DNA from: Bacteroidota bacterium
GTDB lineage: Bacteria; Bacteroidota; Bacteroidia; Chitinophagales; LD1
Direction of reading: 5' to 3'
NCBI GenBank assembly: GCA_016715625.1
Contig: JADJZU010000003.1
Location: 67,292 to 131,291 of the forward strand
Length of the DNA: 64,000 nt
Shown here one piece after another: positions 39,210 through 49,646 of the stretch (position 1 is the first letter of the stretch; each line of letters opens with the position of its first letter). Made by a program: the position numbers and the translations under genes. The notes beneath the pieces were generated by a model. It did not search any database. It worked only from the letters and a program-made list of their open reading frames with translations, and was not told the origin of the DNA.

Positions 39210-41371
39210 TTAGTCAAATTTTAGCACTTTAAATTCTATTCTGCGGTTCTGTGCATGTTCTTGATCGGTGCAGGGAACGTAATCAATACACTTGTTTCTG
39301 ATTTTCATCTCGCCAAAACCCACAGCTATTAGTTTTGTCAGGTTCACATTTCTCGATTCCAAATAGGTAACACAAGCCTGCGCGCGCATAGCAGAAAGTT
39401 GCAAGTTGGAATTGGAACTACCACGTGAGTCGGTGTGCGCACTGAGCTCAATTTCAACGTCCGGAAACTCTTCCATCACTTTAACCACTTTATCTAACTC
39501 AGCCTTGGCACGATTGTTCAAATCGAATTTGTTATAGTCAAAGAAGATATTGGGCAAATCAAAAGCATATTTTGCATCATAGATTGCCAACTCCACTTTT
39601 TCCTCTACGCGCTGAGAGGGCTTGTAGCCTAATGTCGAAATTGCTTTCACAAACTTGGTATATACTGAATCCTTATTGGCTGAACGCTTTACAACTTTCA
39701 CATCATACTCCTGATCCTTATACAAATCAAATTTCACTACGCCATTTGCATCGGTGGTACCTTGCACTACTTCTCCCGTTCTTTTGTTTACCAAAAAGCA
39801 TTTGCATTGGAAATCTTAGCGCCATTTACATCGGCCACATCTACTATTAAATCAATCCCACCTACCGGAAAGAGAAAAATATCCTGTGCCGGATTTCCAA
39901 AAGCCATGGCGGATAGTTTGCCCTCGTAAGTGGCATATCCCTCCGCTGCAGTGGTAACTGAGAACTCCTTTTCCACAGGCAATTGCAGGCAGTAACTTCC
40001 GTTCTGGTTCGTTTTACTACCAGTTTTAAGTCCATCAGCCGACTGTGCTTTTACGATCACATTCTCTATCACCTTCTTCGTTTTTGCATCTATCACCTTT
40101 CCACAAATCGATTCAGAACGTTTTGTAAACTTATAGATATCATCACTACCTATTCCGCCCGGCCGGTTTGACACTAGATAACCTTCCTTACCAGTCGCAT
40201 TGCAGACATACCCAAAATCATCGCTGGATGAATTGAGTGGCACTCCCGGATTTAAAACATTGCCCCATTTTCCATTTTCCCAAGTGGCCGATAGGATGTC
40301 GAGGCCTCCCAACCCGATGTGTGCATCTGATGCGAAAAAGAGATTATTTAACTCGGAGACGAAAGGAAACATCTCGCGACCTGCTGTATTAACCTCCTTG
40401 CCTAAATTGATAGGGTTTTCCCATGTGCTACCATTTCTAATACTCATATAAATGTCCGTTTCTCCTTGTCCGCCCGGCATATCGCTGGTAAAGAATAGTT
40501 TGCTACCATCTTGAGAAAGGGAAGGATGGGCGTTATTAAACTCGCTGCTATTAAATGGTAAGGGCTGAATATTTACCCATCTATGTTTATGATCATCATA
40601 AGTGGCTGAATACAAACCAAGCTTCCGAATGCCATCTTCGCCTTTTTTCTTGTAATTGGACCGTGTGAAAATCATCCATTTCCCATCTGCCGAAAAAGTT
40701 GCGGGCCCTTCGTTTAACCTACGATTCACCTTCCCTTTCGCTTTGAAAGGTTCGGCCACTTCGCCCGTGCTGGTCTGCTCCATCGTAAAAACATCGTAGT
40801 AAGGCCTTTGGCTCCAATTGTCAGTTATCTTGACCGCATTGTTGCCTTTTCGGTTAGATGAAAAAGTAAGATTGCCATTTAGATAGGCCGGACCGATTTC
40901 GGATGCTACAGAATTCTCAGGAATGCTGACCAATTCATAATTTTTCAAATCCTGAGAAAGGTTCTGCAATTGCTCACTAAAATTTAAGAACTCAGTGGAG
41001 CGGGTATCATAAGGCATAGCTTTTGCAAAACTATCGTACACTTTTTGCGCCTCCTCATACTTACCATTGGACCTCAGTATTTGGGCATATCTGAATTTGG
41101 CCTCGTGGCTGGATAAAGGGTTTTCGGAAAGCACTTTGTAAATGGCTTCGGCACTTTGCAAATCAGCGTTCATTACAAATGCCTGTCCCAATTTATCCCA
41201 TGCCGTAATGTTATTGGCATCTAAATCCGCAGCTTTTTTATAAAAGGATGCCGCTTTTTCAAACTGAAACAAGCTCATCCACTTGTCGCCTTTGGCTACA
41301 TAATTGGGCTGTGCTTCTAATGTGTAATGAAAGCAACATGCGAGCAAGGACAACGCTACAAACTTTTGCAT
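39210..41371 (-). pseudogene. OmpA-family outer-membrane protein (TPR + TolB-like beta-propeller + CarboxypepD_reg-like + OmpA C-domain), one frameshift
   Basis: ORFs 39788..41371 and 39210..39794 join as ...NANAF-LVNKRTGEVV... if one T is added to the T5 run (plus-strand A5 39793-39797). The C-terminus has the OmpA peptidoglycan-binding pattern (LSAHTDSRGS...NLQLSAMRA...NRRIEF). Confidence 0.75.
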
Positions 41372-41396
41372 AATCTGAGAGGATTAAATGTGTCGT

Positions 41397-42344
41397 TCAA
41401 AAATATTTGAGATACCGGGGATTGACTACTTTGCCTTTCTCGAAACGAAAATCAAAACTTACCATTATTTCATGTGAGCCGGTGGTGTATTTTGAGAGTG
41501 GCGAAACAGCTAAATCGTAACAATAGGCTAAGCGAAACTGCTTGGTAATATTGGCTGCCACCATAAAATTATAGGCATCCACATACCGATAACCTACACC
41601 AAACCATATTCTATCGATAAAAACAAAAGTGGCATTCAAATCAAAAGAAACCGGTGCATGTGCAGGAACAACTTTAAGCAATCCGGATGGGATGAACCGA
41701 ACCTTCTTTCCCAGATTAAAAACATACCCTGATGTAAATAACAGCTGATGATATTGCCTGGAAGATTGATTACTGAGGCTAAACACGGAATATGGACCAT
41801 CCAGCGTAGGGGCAAATAACTGTGGAACAGAAAAACCGGCAAAGAACTTGTCGGAGTAGGCATAAAAACCAAACCCTAATTGAGGAAGCCATCTGTTGAT
41901 GGAATTGCCCGAAAAATTTGGATCTCCGGCATCAGAGGTAACAACATTGTTAAGGTTACTTCTGTAGTTAGTAAAGCCAGCAGAAAGCCCGAGAGACAAC
42001 TTTATCTGCTTTTTCTTTCCAACCGGTATTCGGTAGGCAAAAGAGGCATTCAACTGGTTGGTTGAAGACACACCAATCTTATCGAAATTATAAATAAGCC
42101 CAAGTGCAATCCGTTCATTTTTCAAAGGAGAATGTAACGCTACCGATGCACTCTGTGGCAGACCCGGAGCATTGACCCATTGGTGACGATAAATAGCCGT
42201 TACGTTCAAAACATCATGGCTTCCTGAATAAGCGGGGTTAATATAAAGCCCATTAAAGCGATACATGCTATACTGCGCCTGCTGCTGTGCATGCGCTAAC
42301 CATAAAAAGAAGATACAAGAAACAGAAAGTAAAAGTTTCTTCAT
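41397..42344 (-). CDS. T9SS membrane protein, PorP/SprF family
   Basis: Signal peptide followed by QQQAQYSMYRFNGLYINPAYSG, the hallmark N-terminal motif of PorP/SprF; about 315 aa of beta-barrel-like sequence. Confidence 0.85.
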   Translation of the reverse strand: MKKLLLSVSCIFFLWLAHAQQQAQYSMYRFNGLYINPAYSGSHDVLNVTAIYRHQWVNAPGLPQSASVALHSPLKNERIALGLIYNFDKIGVSSTNQLNASFAYRIPVGKKKQIKLSLGLSAGFTNYRSNLNNVVTSDAGDPNFSGNSINRWLPQLGFGFYAYSDKFFAGFSVPQLFAPTLDGPYSVFSLSNQSSRQYHQLLFTSGYVFNLGKKVRFIPSGLLKVVPAHAPVSFDLNATFVFIDRIWFGVGYRYVDAYNFMVAANITKQFRLAYCYDLAVSPLSKYTTGSHEIMVSFDFRFEKGKVVNPRYLKYF

Positions 42345-42416
42345 GAATTAATCGTTGCCTCACTCAAAGATAAATATGAACAACACCCGCGAAAAATAAC
42401 TTATCTACACAGGAAA

Positions 42417-43232
42417 TCAGTATTGCTCCTGTTCATTCGGGAAGTTTCTGCTTTTTACATCATCTACATATTGCTTCACGGCATTTTGCACCTCATCATA
42501 AAGGTTAAGATATCTGCGTAGAAAACGTGGTTTAAATTCTTTAGTAATTCCAAGCATATCATGGCTGACCAATACCTGCCCATCGGTGCCACCGCCAGCA
42601 CCAATACCAATCGTAGGAATATGCAATGCCTTTGAAACTTCACCCGCCAGCTTTGCCGGTATCTTTTCGAGCACCAACGCAAAGCAGCCCGATTTTTCGA
42701 GCAGGAGAGCATCTTCCATCAACTTTGTAGCTTCGGCTTCCTCTTTAGCACGTACTGTGTATGTTCCAAATTTATAGATGGATTGCGGGGTTAAACCCAA
42801 GTGGCCCATTACCGGAATTCCAGCGGTGAGAATACGTTCTACACTTTCTCGTATTTCTGCTCCCCCTTCCAACTTTACAGCATGCGCTCCCGACTCTTTC
42901 ATGATTCTTATGGCACTTTCCAGCGCTAATTTTGAGTTTCCCTGATATGTGCCAAAAGGTAAATCCACCACCACCAAAGCCCGATTCACTGCTCGCACCA
43001 CTGAAGAGGCGTGGTATATCATTTCATTAAGCGTAATTGGTAAAGTAGTTTCGTGACCGGCCATTACATTGGAGGCACTATCCCCTACCAGGATTACATC
43101 AATACCGCCTCCGTCAATAATACGCGCCATGGAAAAATCGTAAGCGGTAAGCATCGATATTTTAACCCCAGTTTGTTTAAACTCCAAAAGTGTATGGGTG
43201 GTAATTCGCTTAATTTCTTTGTGTACTGACAT
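42417..43232 (-). CDS. panB: 3-methyl-2-oxobutanoate hydroxymethyltransferase
   Basis: [17 protein letters not shown] and [10 protein letters not shown] motifs. ATG at 43232; the ORF is open to a TTG at 43253. Confidence 0.88.
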   Translation of the reverse strand: MSVHKEIKRITTHTLLEFKQTGVKISMLTAYDFSMARIIDGGGIDVILVGDSASNVMAGHETTLPITLNEMIYHASSVVRAVNRALVVVDLPFGTYQGNSKLALESAIRIMKESGAHAVKLEGGAEIRESVERILTAGIPVMGHLGLTPQSIYKFGTYTVRAKEEAEATKLMEDALLLEKSGCFALVLEKIPAKLAGEVSKALHIPTIGIGAGGGTDGQVLVSHDMLGITKEFKPRFLRRYLNLYDEVQNAVKQYVDDVKSRNFPNEQEQY

Positions 43233-43273
43233 GGGAAGGTTTTTGTATCGCAAACTTCTAAAAGTTTGCTCAA

Positions 43274-44203
43274 TTATTTAATTCGCTGTATTTCCATGAG
43301 TAAATATTGCTTTTGACGAGCAAAAACATCCGGATTTACGGTTAACAGATTCTTATCTATTTTTTGCTGCACAAATGGAATTAAATCTTGCAAAGCATAG
43401 TGAATGCCAGGGGCCTTTGTCTGTAATTTATCAATTCCAAAAGAGAGCAATGGGAGCCCGATACGGTTGGCAAACGAGTGAACATAGGCTATCGTAGGGA
43501 GAATATTAGGAGTAATATCCTGCTGAAAACGGATGTACATACCTGCACCGGCTAGGTTTTTCTGAAACTCGGAAAAGAAATGTCCGCTTTTTTCATGCGC
43601 CTCCTGAATCCTGAAATAATCGCAGGCTATCCACTTACCACCCGGCTTTAAAATTTTATCTATGAGTGGCAACGCAATAGATTGTTTCAAATATTGAAGC
43701 GACTCGGATGTAATAACCACATCAAATGCCTGTGCGTACGCATCTCCATTTAAATCTTCAAACTTACATTCCAGGATGGGTATATTACTGTAAGTGCTGC
43801 GAATGTGATGCGCTTGCGTTTTATCGGGCGTAAGTGCCGTTGGATGATGGCCCATATCCAGCAGCATTTTAGCCATAGCACCCGTTCCGCAACCAATATC
43901 CAAAATCCGCAGTCCAGTGCCGGCAGGCAATTTAGTAAGCAACAATTCGGCATAGCGAGTTTGTGCCCGATACACATCATTGATGGAAATCTCCATAGGT
44001 TCTATGGAGGGATTATCAAAGTAGCCGTAATGAAGAAAACCACCGGGAAGCAATTGAGCATACAGTTTTAGCTGAGCATCGTCAAATACTCTTTCCGTTT
44101 TTTTGCGGTTTCGTTGTAGCGAAAGAACCTTCCAAAAATGCCATGGCAACAAAAAACGTTTTGCTACAGAGAAAATGATGGAACCGGCAGATACTTTAGA
44201 CAT
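43274..44203 (-). CDS. class I SAM-dependent methyltransferase
   Basis: SAM motif [13 protein letters not shown], a post-I acidic residue, and a motif II region. Confidence 0.7.
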   Translation of the reverse strand: MSKVSAGSIIFSVAKRFLLPWHFWKVLSLQRNRKKTERVFDDAQLKLYAQLLPGGFLHYGYFDNPSIEPMEISINDVYRAQTRYAELLLTKLPAGTGLRILDIGCGTGAMAKMLLDMGHHPTALTPDKTQAHHIRSTYSNIPILECKFEDLNGDAYAQAFDVVITSESLQYLKQSIALPLIDKILKPGGKWIACDYFRIQEAHEKSGHFFSEFQKNLAGAGMYIRFQQDITPNILPTIAYVHSFANRIGLPLLSFGIDKLQTKAPGIHYALQDLIPFVQQKIDKNLLTVNPDVFARQKQYLLMEIQRIK

Positions 44204-44237
44204 GCGAGCTAAAATAACAATGCCGATTTAAGCAGAA

Positions 44238-45563
44238 TTACAATTTACCATTCGCTTTCTTCCATTCCAGTTCCGCGAGCAAGAAAGTATACAGCGATTG
44301 CAGATAATTAAACTCGGTTTCTTTCAAGGTACTCTCTGCATCCAGCACTTCCTGATAGCCTGCAACTGAATTCTGGTAGCGCACATTTACATCTTTAACC
44401 ACTTCCTCTGCCAGTTTTACATTCTCTTGAATTAGCTCCAGATTTTTAGCGGCATTTGCGTAATTGATGGCAGTTGTTTGCAATTGATAATGGATACTAT
44501 TCCGAATCGTTTTAATGTTGTTTTCATTCTTCTGCAATACGTATTTTTGCTGGCGAGCGAGCGCCATTTTTTGTAAGCCATCAAAAATGGGCACTTGCAG
44601 GCGCATTCCGATGTAAGAAGTCCAAAACCATTTATCCTTAGAAGCAAGCGAAGTATTATCAAGTCCTTGACCACCAATGTAGCCATAGCCGTTCAGCGAT
44701 GGTATATACTGATAGTTAATCTTGTTCAACTGCAACTTATTTACCTGCATCTGCTGAACCTCTGCACGCAATTCCACTCGGCTGAGTTCGGCACCCTTTA
44801 AATCGGGATATTCGGGCAGCTGAGGCTGCTTAATCTCTGATGGTAACTTATCCGATAGTTCTACCGTGGCATCTGTTGGCAATCCGATTAACTGCGCGAA
44901 AGCTGCTATAGAGGACTTAATTGAATCCTGCGTTACTTTTAATTGATACTTTGAGTTGCTCCAATTCAGATAGGCACGATTTAAATCAGTTTTCAATGCA
45001 TTCTGGTTATCAAACTTCACCTTTGTATCTTTGTAGGCTTTATCAAATCGCTCTACACTTTTCTCGGCCTTGGCTACACGCTCCTGGTTCAAAAGCACCA
45101 AATAATATGAGCGGGTCACATTTACTTTCAAATCAATCATAGCCTGGTCTAATTGTGCATTGGTCAATCCCCGTTGAGCTTTCGCTATTTTGATATCGCT
45201 TACTGCATTCATGTCGAGCAAAGGTTGAGTTAAATCCACTCCGGCTGTGCCACTGTAAGTGGTACCTTGCTGAATTCTTCTGTTCTCATCTAAACCGGTG
45301 ATAGGGTTGGGGAATTTCAAGGCTATTTCGCCTAATTTCAAATTATCGCGGAAATCGACTGTTCCGTTTAGTTTGGGCAGATACTTGGTGACCGATTCCA
45401 GTTTTTTCGCATCGGAAATCTGCTGGTCTATTTTATAGTTTTGAAATTGTGGTTGGTTTGCTGCGGCAAAAGCGATGGCTTGATCTAAAGAGAGCGAGAT
45501 ACTCTGTTGCGCAGAAACAACGATGTGCCAACAGAAAAACAAACAAGTGAAAATCTTTTTCAT
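44238..45563 (-). CDS. TolC-family outer-membrane efflux protein
   Basis: Signal peptide, a duplicated OEP repeat architecture and a size of 441 aa. Confidence 0.8.
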   Translation of the reverse strand: MKKIFTCLFFCWHIVVSAQQSISLSLDQAIAFAAANQPQFQNYKIDQQISDAKKLESVTKYLPKLNGTVDFRDNLKLGEIALKFPNPITGLDENRRIQQGTTYSGTAGVDLTQPLLDMNAVSDIKIAKAQRGLTNAQLDQAMIDLKVNVTRSYYLVLLNQERVAKAEKSVERFDKAYKDTKVKFDNQNALKTDLNRAYLNWSNSKYQLKVTQDSIKSSIAAFAQLIGLPTDATVELSDKLPSEIKQPQLPEYPDLKGAELSRVELRAEVQQMQVNKLQLNKINYQYIPSLNGYGYIGGQGLDNTSLASKDKWFWTSYIGMRLQVPIFDGLQKMALARQQKYVLQKNENNIKTIRNSIHYQLQTTAINYANAAKNLELIQENVKLAEEVVKDVNVRYQNSVAGYQEVLDAESTLKETEFNYLQSLYTFLLAELEWKKANGKL

Positions 45564-45663
45564 AAATGCATTAGGTTAAATCAAGGTCGAAAATCATGAA
45601 TTATAAGGTTTGGGTTTCGGTTCAATTCATTCAAACGTGCTTTTGTGCTGTCGAGGCGTAAAA

Positions 45664-46783
45664 TTATCCTCTGAAAACCGTTGCGGGTTCCACTTTTGTA
45701 ATTCTGCGGACAGCCGCTACTGCGCCCATCATAGAGATTACAAGTGTGGTAATTGCAAAAGAGAGATACATTATTGGGGTGTAGTAAAAAATGGTTCCTG
45801 CATTGGCAATGCCAACCCTAAACATCTCCATCAGGGATACTCCAAAGACAAAACCTACAGCAGCAAAAATGAGCGCCTGTGTCACTATGAGATTACGAAC
45901 ATACGCATTGGTGGCTCCAATGGCCTTCAGCGTAGCATAGTCTTTCAAGCGATCGGTTGCAGCGGAATAAAGGGTTAAGCCAATAATGACACTTCCGGAA
46001 ACAACAGCGAAGATGATGAGCGTTCCGATAGATATAGCAATGCCTTGATCCCAACACCGTTCGAACGGTAGCTTTTGAAAAGTCTTTTTTTGTCCAGGCT
46101 TTCACACCATACATATTCTGGTTAATCATGGCAATCAACTTTTGTTGATCAGCATCCTTCTTCGCTTTAATTAAGAGCGCACTAACTCGTGTTGTCGGAA
46201 ACTTACCAAAGTAGCGGGCTCTGTCAATAGTGGTAAAAACATAAGAAGCACCAAAGCCTCTCACTCCTTTAGTTTGAAAAACAACTGAGGCCCTTTTACC
46301 TCCTATCTCAAACTGTGTTCCTGCTGATGCGCCTCCTAAAAGATTTTTATCAAAAACATCCGTGGTAACAGCACCGTCAAATAGGAGTTGCTCATTTTTG
46401 CCGTTGACAATATTCCAGGGTCCGCCAACGAATGCCGGTGCTTGTGAACCTACCAGGGTGACACCGGCTGATTTACCGTTTTCAAATCTGGCTGATGAAG
46501 CGGCTATAACTAAAGGATACACATGCTCCACACCGGGAATACCTTCTAATTGCCGTTGAAATCGAGCATCGATAGGACTCAGTGCATTTACGTTGGTTGT
46601 TTTGTTATCTACGACCCAAATATCCTTATCTACATTATCGACCAGTTTACTCATGGCACCCGTCAGAAAAACAAAAATACCCACCTGCTGGCCAATCAGA
46701 AAAATGGAAATAACCACTCCAAACAAAGCCCCAATGGACTTCGGTTTGTCAAAAAGAATAAAGCGCAAAGCAGTGCTGAACAT
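45664..46783 (-). pseudogene. DevC/FtsX-type ABC exporter permease, one frameshift
   Basis: ORF 45893..46783 (MFSTALRFILFDKPKSIGALFGVV...) becomes nonsense after ...TVLGS. Removing one base at 46043-46048 gives GIAISIGTLIIFAVVSGSVIIGLTLYSAATDRLKDYATLKAIGATN..., continuing into ORF 45664..45948. Confidence 0.75.
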
Positions 46784-46787
46784 AAAA

Positions 46788-47723
46788 TTACTTTAAGGCA
46801 ATCACGGCCTCTACACGCGAGTTAATCAGCAGCATTGGATTGCCCTCCAGACGGACCCTTACTTCTCTTACGCGCCTATCTTCCATATTGCCACTATCGT
46901 CACTAAACAGGGATTTCTTTTTAAGGTAAGGGCTAAGATAAATCACCTCTCCTTGCGCTAATGTATTGTCCATTCCCTGTGTTCGGATAATCGCCTTTTG
47001 GCCCAGTTTCAGTTTATTCACAAACAATTCATCTACTTCACACAGCACGGTAGAGGCGGCGGAATGAGGAGCAAAATCCAAAACTTTAGAAGAAGGGTTT
47101 ACAGAGGCTCCTTCGGATAAATCCATGGTAAGCACGACACCATTGGCAGGGGCTTTGATTTTCCTTCGCTCTATATCTGCTTGGGCAACATTAATCTCCG
47201 CGCTAATTTCTGCAATACGGTTCTCTGCTACTAATACCTGTTGCGCATATCGGTCCAGGTCACGAAGAGATTGATCATAATCGGCCTTGGCATTATCAAC
47301 CGACTGCTGTGTCTCTGCTCCCGAATCCGCTATTTTTTTGAGCCTCTCAAACCGAACCTGCAGATTATCTGACTTAACCTTCAGTGCACTTAACTGGGCT
47401 TGCACATTTCGTATCTCCGCTTGTTGTGTTGCTAGTTTTGATTTGGATTGTATCAGCTTGGCATCTTCATAATCATGATTTATCTCTAACAACACATCCC
47501 CTTTGGCTACGCTATCACCCGATGCTACAAAAATCTTGTCAATCACCCCACTTACTTCACTTCCCACCTGGGTAATTTTAACCTCCGGTTCTACCCTTCC
47601 AAGTGCTACAATTTTTTCTGTTTCCAGAGGGAGGACAATCGCAGCCTCCGGCTCAGTTTTTTTTGAATTACACGCAGATAGGACAAGAAACACAATGGAG
47701 AAATATTTAAACATAGCATTCAT
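46788..47723 (-). CDS. HlyD/DevB-family periplasmic adaptor (lipoprotein)
   Basis: Lipobox LSAC, a barrel-sandwich domain, and a coiled-coil hairpin with Q/A/E heptads. Confidence 0.8.
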   Translation of the reverse strand: MNAMFKYFSIVFLVLSACNSKKTEPEAAIVLPLETEKIVALGRVEPEVKITQVGSEVSGVIDKIFVASGDSVAKGDVLLEINHDYEDAKLIQSKSKLATQQAEIRNVQAQLSALKVKSDNLQVRFERLKKIADSGAETQQSVDNAKADYDQSLRDLDRYAQQVLVAENRIAEISAEINVAQADIERRKIKAPANGVVLTMDLSEGASVNPSSKVLDFAPHSAASTVLCEVDELFVNKLKLGQKAIIRTQGMDNTLAQGEVIYLSPYLKKKSLFSDDSGNMEDRRVREVRVRLEGNPMLLINSRVEAVIALK

Positions 47724-48431
47724 TTATAGGTTTTGCAGATGATGCACATAATCCGTTTTAGAAATTTCTTTTGCCATACCGTCAGACACTTCAATTATTC
47801 TGGATGCATAAGGAATCAAACGCTGGTCGTGTGTCACCACAATTACTCCATGGGATTGGGCAGCCAAATCCTGTAACTGTTGCATAACCACCGATACAGA
47901 CTTCACATCCAACGAAGCAGTAGGCTCATCGCATAGTAACATTGGAGGGTCACCTACCAGCGCTCGGGCAATAGAAACTCGTTGTTGCTCACCGCCTGAA
48001 AGCATTTTAGGTAGCGATGCAAGTCGATGGGTCATACCTAATTTATCGAGTGCCGCTCTTGCCGCCAAACCGGCTTCTTTTTTACTTTTTCCTTGTAGTG
48101 TGAGCGGAAGCATTACATTTTGCTCCACAGTAAGTGGTGCTATGAGATTGAAACTCTGAAAAACAAATCCTATATTTTTGAGTCGCACGTTGGCTAAGGC
48201 TACATCGTTTAGCCCCTGGGTGTAAGTACCATTTATCCAAACCTTGCCTTGTGAAGGGTAAATCACACAGCCTAAAAGTGAAATTAAAGTGGTTTTACCC
48301 GAGCCGGATGGTCCAATAATAAGGACCATTTCTCCTCTATTAATCTTAAAGTCGGTAGGGTGCAATGCCACCACCTCGCTATCTCCGCTTTGGTAAACTT
48401 TACCGGCCTGTTCTAATCGAGCTATTTCCAT
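47724..48431 (-). CDS. ABC exporter ATP-binding protein (DevA/MacB-LolD type)
   Basis: Walker A GPSGSGKT, signature LSGGEQQR, Walker B LLCDEPT. The stop abuts the start of the adaptor gene. Confidence 0.88.
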   Translation of the reverse strand: MEIARLEQAGKVYQSGDSEVVALHPTDFKINRGEMVLIIGPSGSGKTTLISLLGCVIYPSQGKVWINGTYTQGLNDVALANVRLKNIGFVFQSFNLIAPLTVEQNVMLPLTLQGKSKKEAGLAARAALDKLGMTHRLASLPKMLSGGEQQRVSIARALVGDPPMLLCDEPTASLDVKSVSVVMQQLQDLAAQSHGVIVVTHDQRLIPYASRIIEVSDGMAKEISKTDYVHHLQNL

Positions 48432-48572
48432 GAGCGAAGCTGCAAAATTGAGCTACTGAGCTATATAATTGATATACGAAAGCTGCAAAGATAGAAAATG
48501 CATTCCCCATTTAAAATGAACTACGTTCGCGTTTGCATTCCAAGAAACTTTATTTTGCTTTGATTGAGACAT

Positions 48573-49622
48573 ATGTCATTAGATTTCACCGCTACACGCA
48601 TTCAAGATCTTGCTATTCACAGAGTAGGAAACAGCCTCCGCGAAGAAGGTTACTTTTTATCTAAACAGCTTGCGGATGTAAGAGATAATCAGGCACAGGA
48701 TTTATTGCTGCAGTTTTTCACCAACCCTTTTAGCAAGCCTGAGTTTTTCCAGTTTACTCACCCCACCGATGTAGCCAACAATGATTTGTACAGAGTGGCT
48801 GAGCGAGCGTTTCAGCGAAAGACTGATTTCCTGGAACTGAGTGCAGATGTTGCCAAACTACTATACAGTAAATCGAGCCATCCAAAGGTGAATGGTGGTG
48901 AGCTCTATGTTGTCCATTTTATGGATATGGTGCATGAAGATGAAAGCATACAGGCCTTGGGCATTTTTAAATCCGAGAACAAAACGCCTTTCATGAAAGT
49001 GCTGCATAAGGCAGATATGTATGATTATGAGTTTGACGAAGGGATAAACCTTCATGCCATAGATAAAGCCTGCATTATCATGAACACCGCGGCAGAAGAT
49101 GGTTATAGAATTTGCATTCACGACAGACAAGGAAAAGGGGAAGAAGCGCTTTATTGGAAGGATGATTTTTTAGGTCTTAAACCCTGTGCCGATAACTATA
49201 ACAAAACGCGACAGTTTATGTCGCTTTGCAAAGATTATATTAAAGACCGTCTTCCGCAAGAATTTGAAGTAGAAAAAACAGACCAAATAGAATTACTCAA
49301 TAAATCAGTCGCTTTTTTCAAGGCTAACGAACAGTTCGAATACGAAAGCTTTACACGAGAAGTCATTAAAGAGCCTCACATCATGAAGGCTTTCGGAAAA
49401 TACAAAGATGAATTTGAAGAACGAAACGAACTGCAGATTGGAGAAAGGTTTGAGATTTCCGAATCAGCGGTAAAAAGCCAGGCCAGAGTTTTCAAAAGCG
49501 TATTGAAGTTGGATAGAAATTTCCATGTGTATGTGCACGGCAACCGCGAATTCATTGAAAAAGGATATGATGAAGAGCGTGGAATGAACTTCTACAAAAT
49601 ATATTTCAAAGAAGAAAGTTAG
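48573..49622 (+). CDS. nucleoid-associated protein, NdpA/YejK (NA37) family
   Basis: The layout matches NA37: N-terminal I..LAIHRVGN, GGELYVVHF, YWKDDFLGL, and C-terminal VLKLDRNFHVYVHG...FYKIYFKEE. ATG at 48573. Confidence 0.6.
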   Translation: MSLDFTATRIQDLAIHRVGNSLREEGYFLSKQLADVRDNQAQDLLLQFFTNPFSKPEFFQFTHPTDVANNDLYRVAERAFQRKTDFLELSADVAKLLYSKSSHPKVNGGELYVVHFMDMVHEDESIQALGIFKSENKTPFMKVLHKADMYDYEFDEGINLHAIDKACIIMNTAAEDGYRICIHDRQGKGEEALYWKDDFLGLKPCADNYNKTRQFMSLCKDYIKDRLPQEFEVEKTDQIELLNKSVAFFKANEQFEYESFTREVIKEPHIMKAFGKYKDEFEERNELQIGERFEISESAVKSQARVFKSVLKLDRNFHVYVHGNREFIEKGYDEERGMNFYKIYFKEES

Positions 49623-49646
49623 CGCACGATTAAACTATCTGTTTAT

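Noticed and set aside
1350-46048. Programmed ribosomal frameshifting or phase variation as the explanation for the frame breaks
   Set aside because: The breaks occur in unrelated housekeeping genes, in both +1 and -1 directions. They show no shared slippery heptamer and no downstream structure. Several sit in short A/T runs too short for classical phase variation. Indel error is the simpler explanation.
48573-49622. NdpA-like gene as part of a defence island
   Set aside because: It has no neighbouring nuclease, ATPase, methylase or toxin genes. The flanking genes are an efflux operon and metabolic genes.
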